Below, in pieces: positions 62,923 to 64,000 of a stretch of DNA of 64,000 nt. Source of the DNA: an uncultured Pelagibacteraceae bacterium (GTDB lineage: Bacteria > Pseudomonadota > Alphaproteobacteria > Pelagibacterales > Pelagibacteraceae). Made by a program: the position numbers and the translations under genes. Each line of letters starts with the position of its first letter. The first letter of the stretch is position 1. Below the pieces are notes generated by a model. The model saw nothing but the letters and a program-made list of their open reading frames with translations. It did not search any database and was not told the origin of the DNA. Location of the stretch: positions 24,548-88,547 of the forward strand of contig CACKXS010000002.1 in the NCBI GenBank assembly GCA_902604305.1, given 5' to 3'.

Positions 62923-62927
62923 TAATT

Positions 62928-64000
62928 ATGAAACTTACAAAAAACCTTGAAAGACTAGGTACAGAGTCAGCTTTTAAAATTTTAGCAGAAGCAAAAAAAT
63001 TAGAGATAGAAGGAAAAAAAATAATTCATTTAAGTTTAGGACAGCCAGATTTTAAATCACCAAAGCATGTAGTAGATGCAACAAAAAAAGCTCTGGATGA
63101 AGGTCATCATGGGTATGTTTTGCCAAATGGAATAATTGAGTGCAGAGAAGCTGTTACCAGAAAAATTAAAAAACTTTATAATGCAGATATAGACCCTGAA
63201 AGAGTAATTATAATGCCTGGAGGCAAACCAACCATGTACTATGCAATAACTTTATTTGGTGAGTCTGGTGCAGAAATTATTTATCCAGATCCAGGTTTTC
63301 CAATATATGAATCAATGATCAATTATACAGGAGCAAAAGCAGTTCCAATAAATATGTTAGAAAACAAAAATTTTTCAATTAATCCAGAAAAAATTTTGTC
63401 ACTAATAAACGAAAACACTCGATTAATAATATTAAATAATCCAAATAATCCGACAGGTGCTTTCACAGAAAAAAACAAAATAGATCAATTAGCAGAAGGT
63501 TTAAAAAAATTTCCAAATGTTGCAATTCTGAGTGATGAAATTTATAGCAGACAAATTTTTGATGAAAAAAAAATGCCAACTTTTTTTAATTACCCACATT
63601 TATATGATCGATTAATTGTTCTTGATGGTTGGAGTAAAGCTTACTCAATGACAGGTTGGCGACTAGGTTGGTCAGTGTGGCCAGAAAGTCTTGTGGAACA
63701 TGTTATTAAATTTTGTGTCAATAATCATTCGTGTGTGAATGCGGCAATCCAATATGGAGCAATAGCTGCTCTTGATGGTCCGGATGACTCCATAAATTTC
63801 ATGATGGAAAAATTTACAAAAAGAAGAAAATTAATTTTTGACGGACTTAATAGTATTAAGGGAATTGATTGTAGTTTGCCAGGTGGAGCATTTTATGCTT
63901 TCCCAAATGTTAAAGGAACTGGAATGAATGGAAAAGAGTTTACAAAAAAATGCTTACATGAAGCTGGGGTAGCAATTGTGCCAGGTACATCTTTTGGAAA
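62928..64000 (+). CDS. PLP-dependent class I/II (aspartate-type) aminotransferase, runs off the window end
   Basis: Translated by hand: MKLTKNLERLGTESAF…LGQPDF…PGGKP…NNPNNPTG…SDEIY…DGWSKAYSMTGWRLG…PGGAFY. Confidence 0.92.
   Translation, partial: MKLTKNLERLGTESAFKILAEAKKLEIEGKKIIHLSLGQPDFKSPKHVVDATKKALDEGHHGYVLPNGIIECREAVTRKIKKLYNADIDPERVIIMPGGKPTMYYAITLFGESGAEIIYPDPGFPIYESMINYTGAKAVPINMLENKNFSINPEKILSLINENTRLIILNNPNNPTGAFTEKNKIDQLAEGLKKFPNVAILSDEIYSRQIFDEKKMPTFFNYPHLYDRLIVLDGWSKAYSMTGWRLGWSVWPESLVEHVIKFCVNNHSCVNAAIQYGAIAALDGPDDSINFMMEKFTKRRKLIFDGLNSIKGIDCSLPGGAFYAFPNVKGTGMNGKEFTKKCLHEAGVAIVPGTSFG

Noticed and set aside
1-64000. CRISPR arrays, IS elements, rRNA, known riboswitches
   Set aside because: No spaced direct repeats, transposase motifs, rRNA or recognisable aptamers seen by eye

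Overview
Very AT-rich, gene-dense alphaproteobacterial chromosome segment. Gene content, gene order and tiny or overlapping intergenic spaces point to Pelagibacterales (SAR11). It spans the probable replication origin region: leuS-lptE-holA, parB-parA-rsmG-mnmG-mnmE-rho-hemJ-hemH-hemE, the probable oriC, then ppsR-maf-aroE-coaE-dnaQ. It continues through secB/fxsA/tim44/smr, hslUV, hisBHAFE-hinT, lolA-ftsK, tRNA-Gly, purH, rpe, an ActP-like symporter/acs locus, tsaD, hemCD, folD, a two-photolyase cluster, argG, ccmCDEFGH, a PagL-like protein, tandem FMN alpha-hydroxy-acid dehydrogenases and a partial aminotransferase. I saw no CRISPR, IS element, integrase or prophage, and most of the window is core genome. 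The signals most worth checking are: (1) an unannotated 19-bp hairpin with G-U pairs and a CU-rich loop between hspQ and ccmC (candidate sRNA); (2) a poly-basic N-terminal extension on Acs (25 K/R in 34 residues); (3) a UV-repair locus with an apparently Fe-S-free (6-4) photolyase, an inverted-domain photolyase and two small ORFs missing from the ORF track; (4) parS sites inside coding sequence; (5) repeated leaderless-type promoters; (6) A8 frameshifts in dnaQ and rsmG; (7) two TPR-sulfotransferase paralogs. All calls come from motif recognition by eye; no database searches were run.
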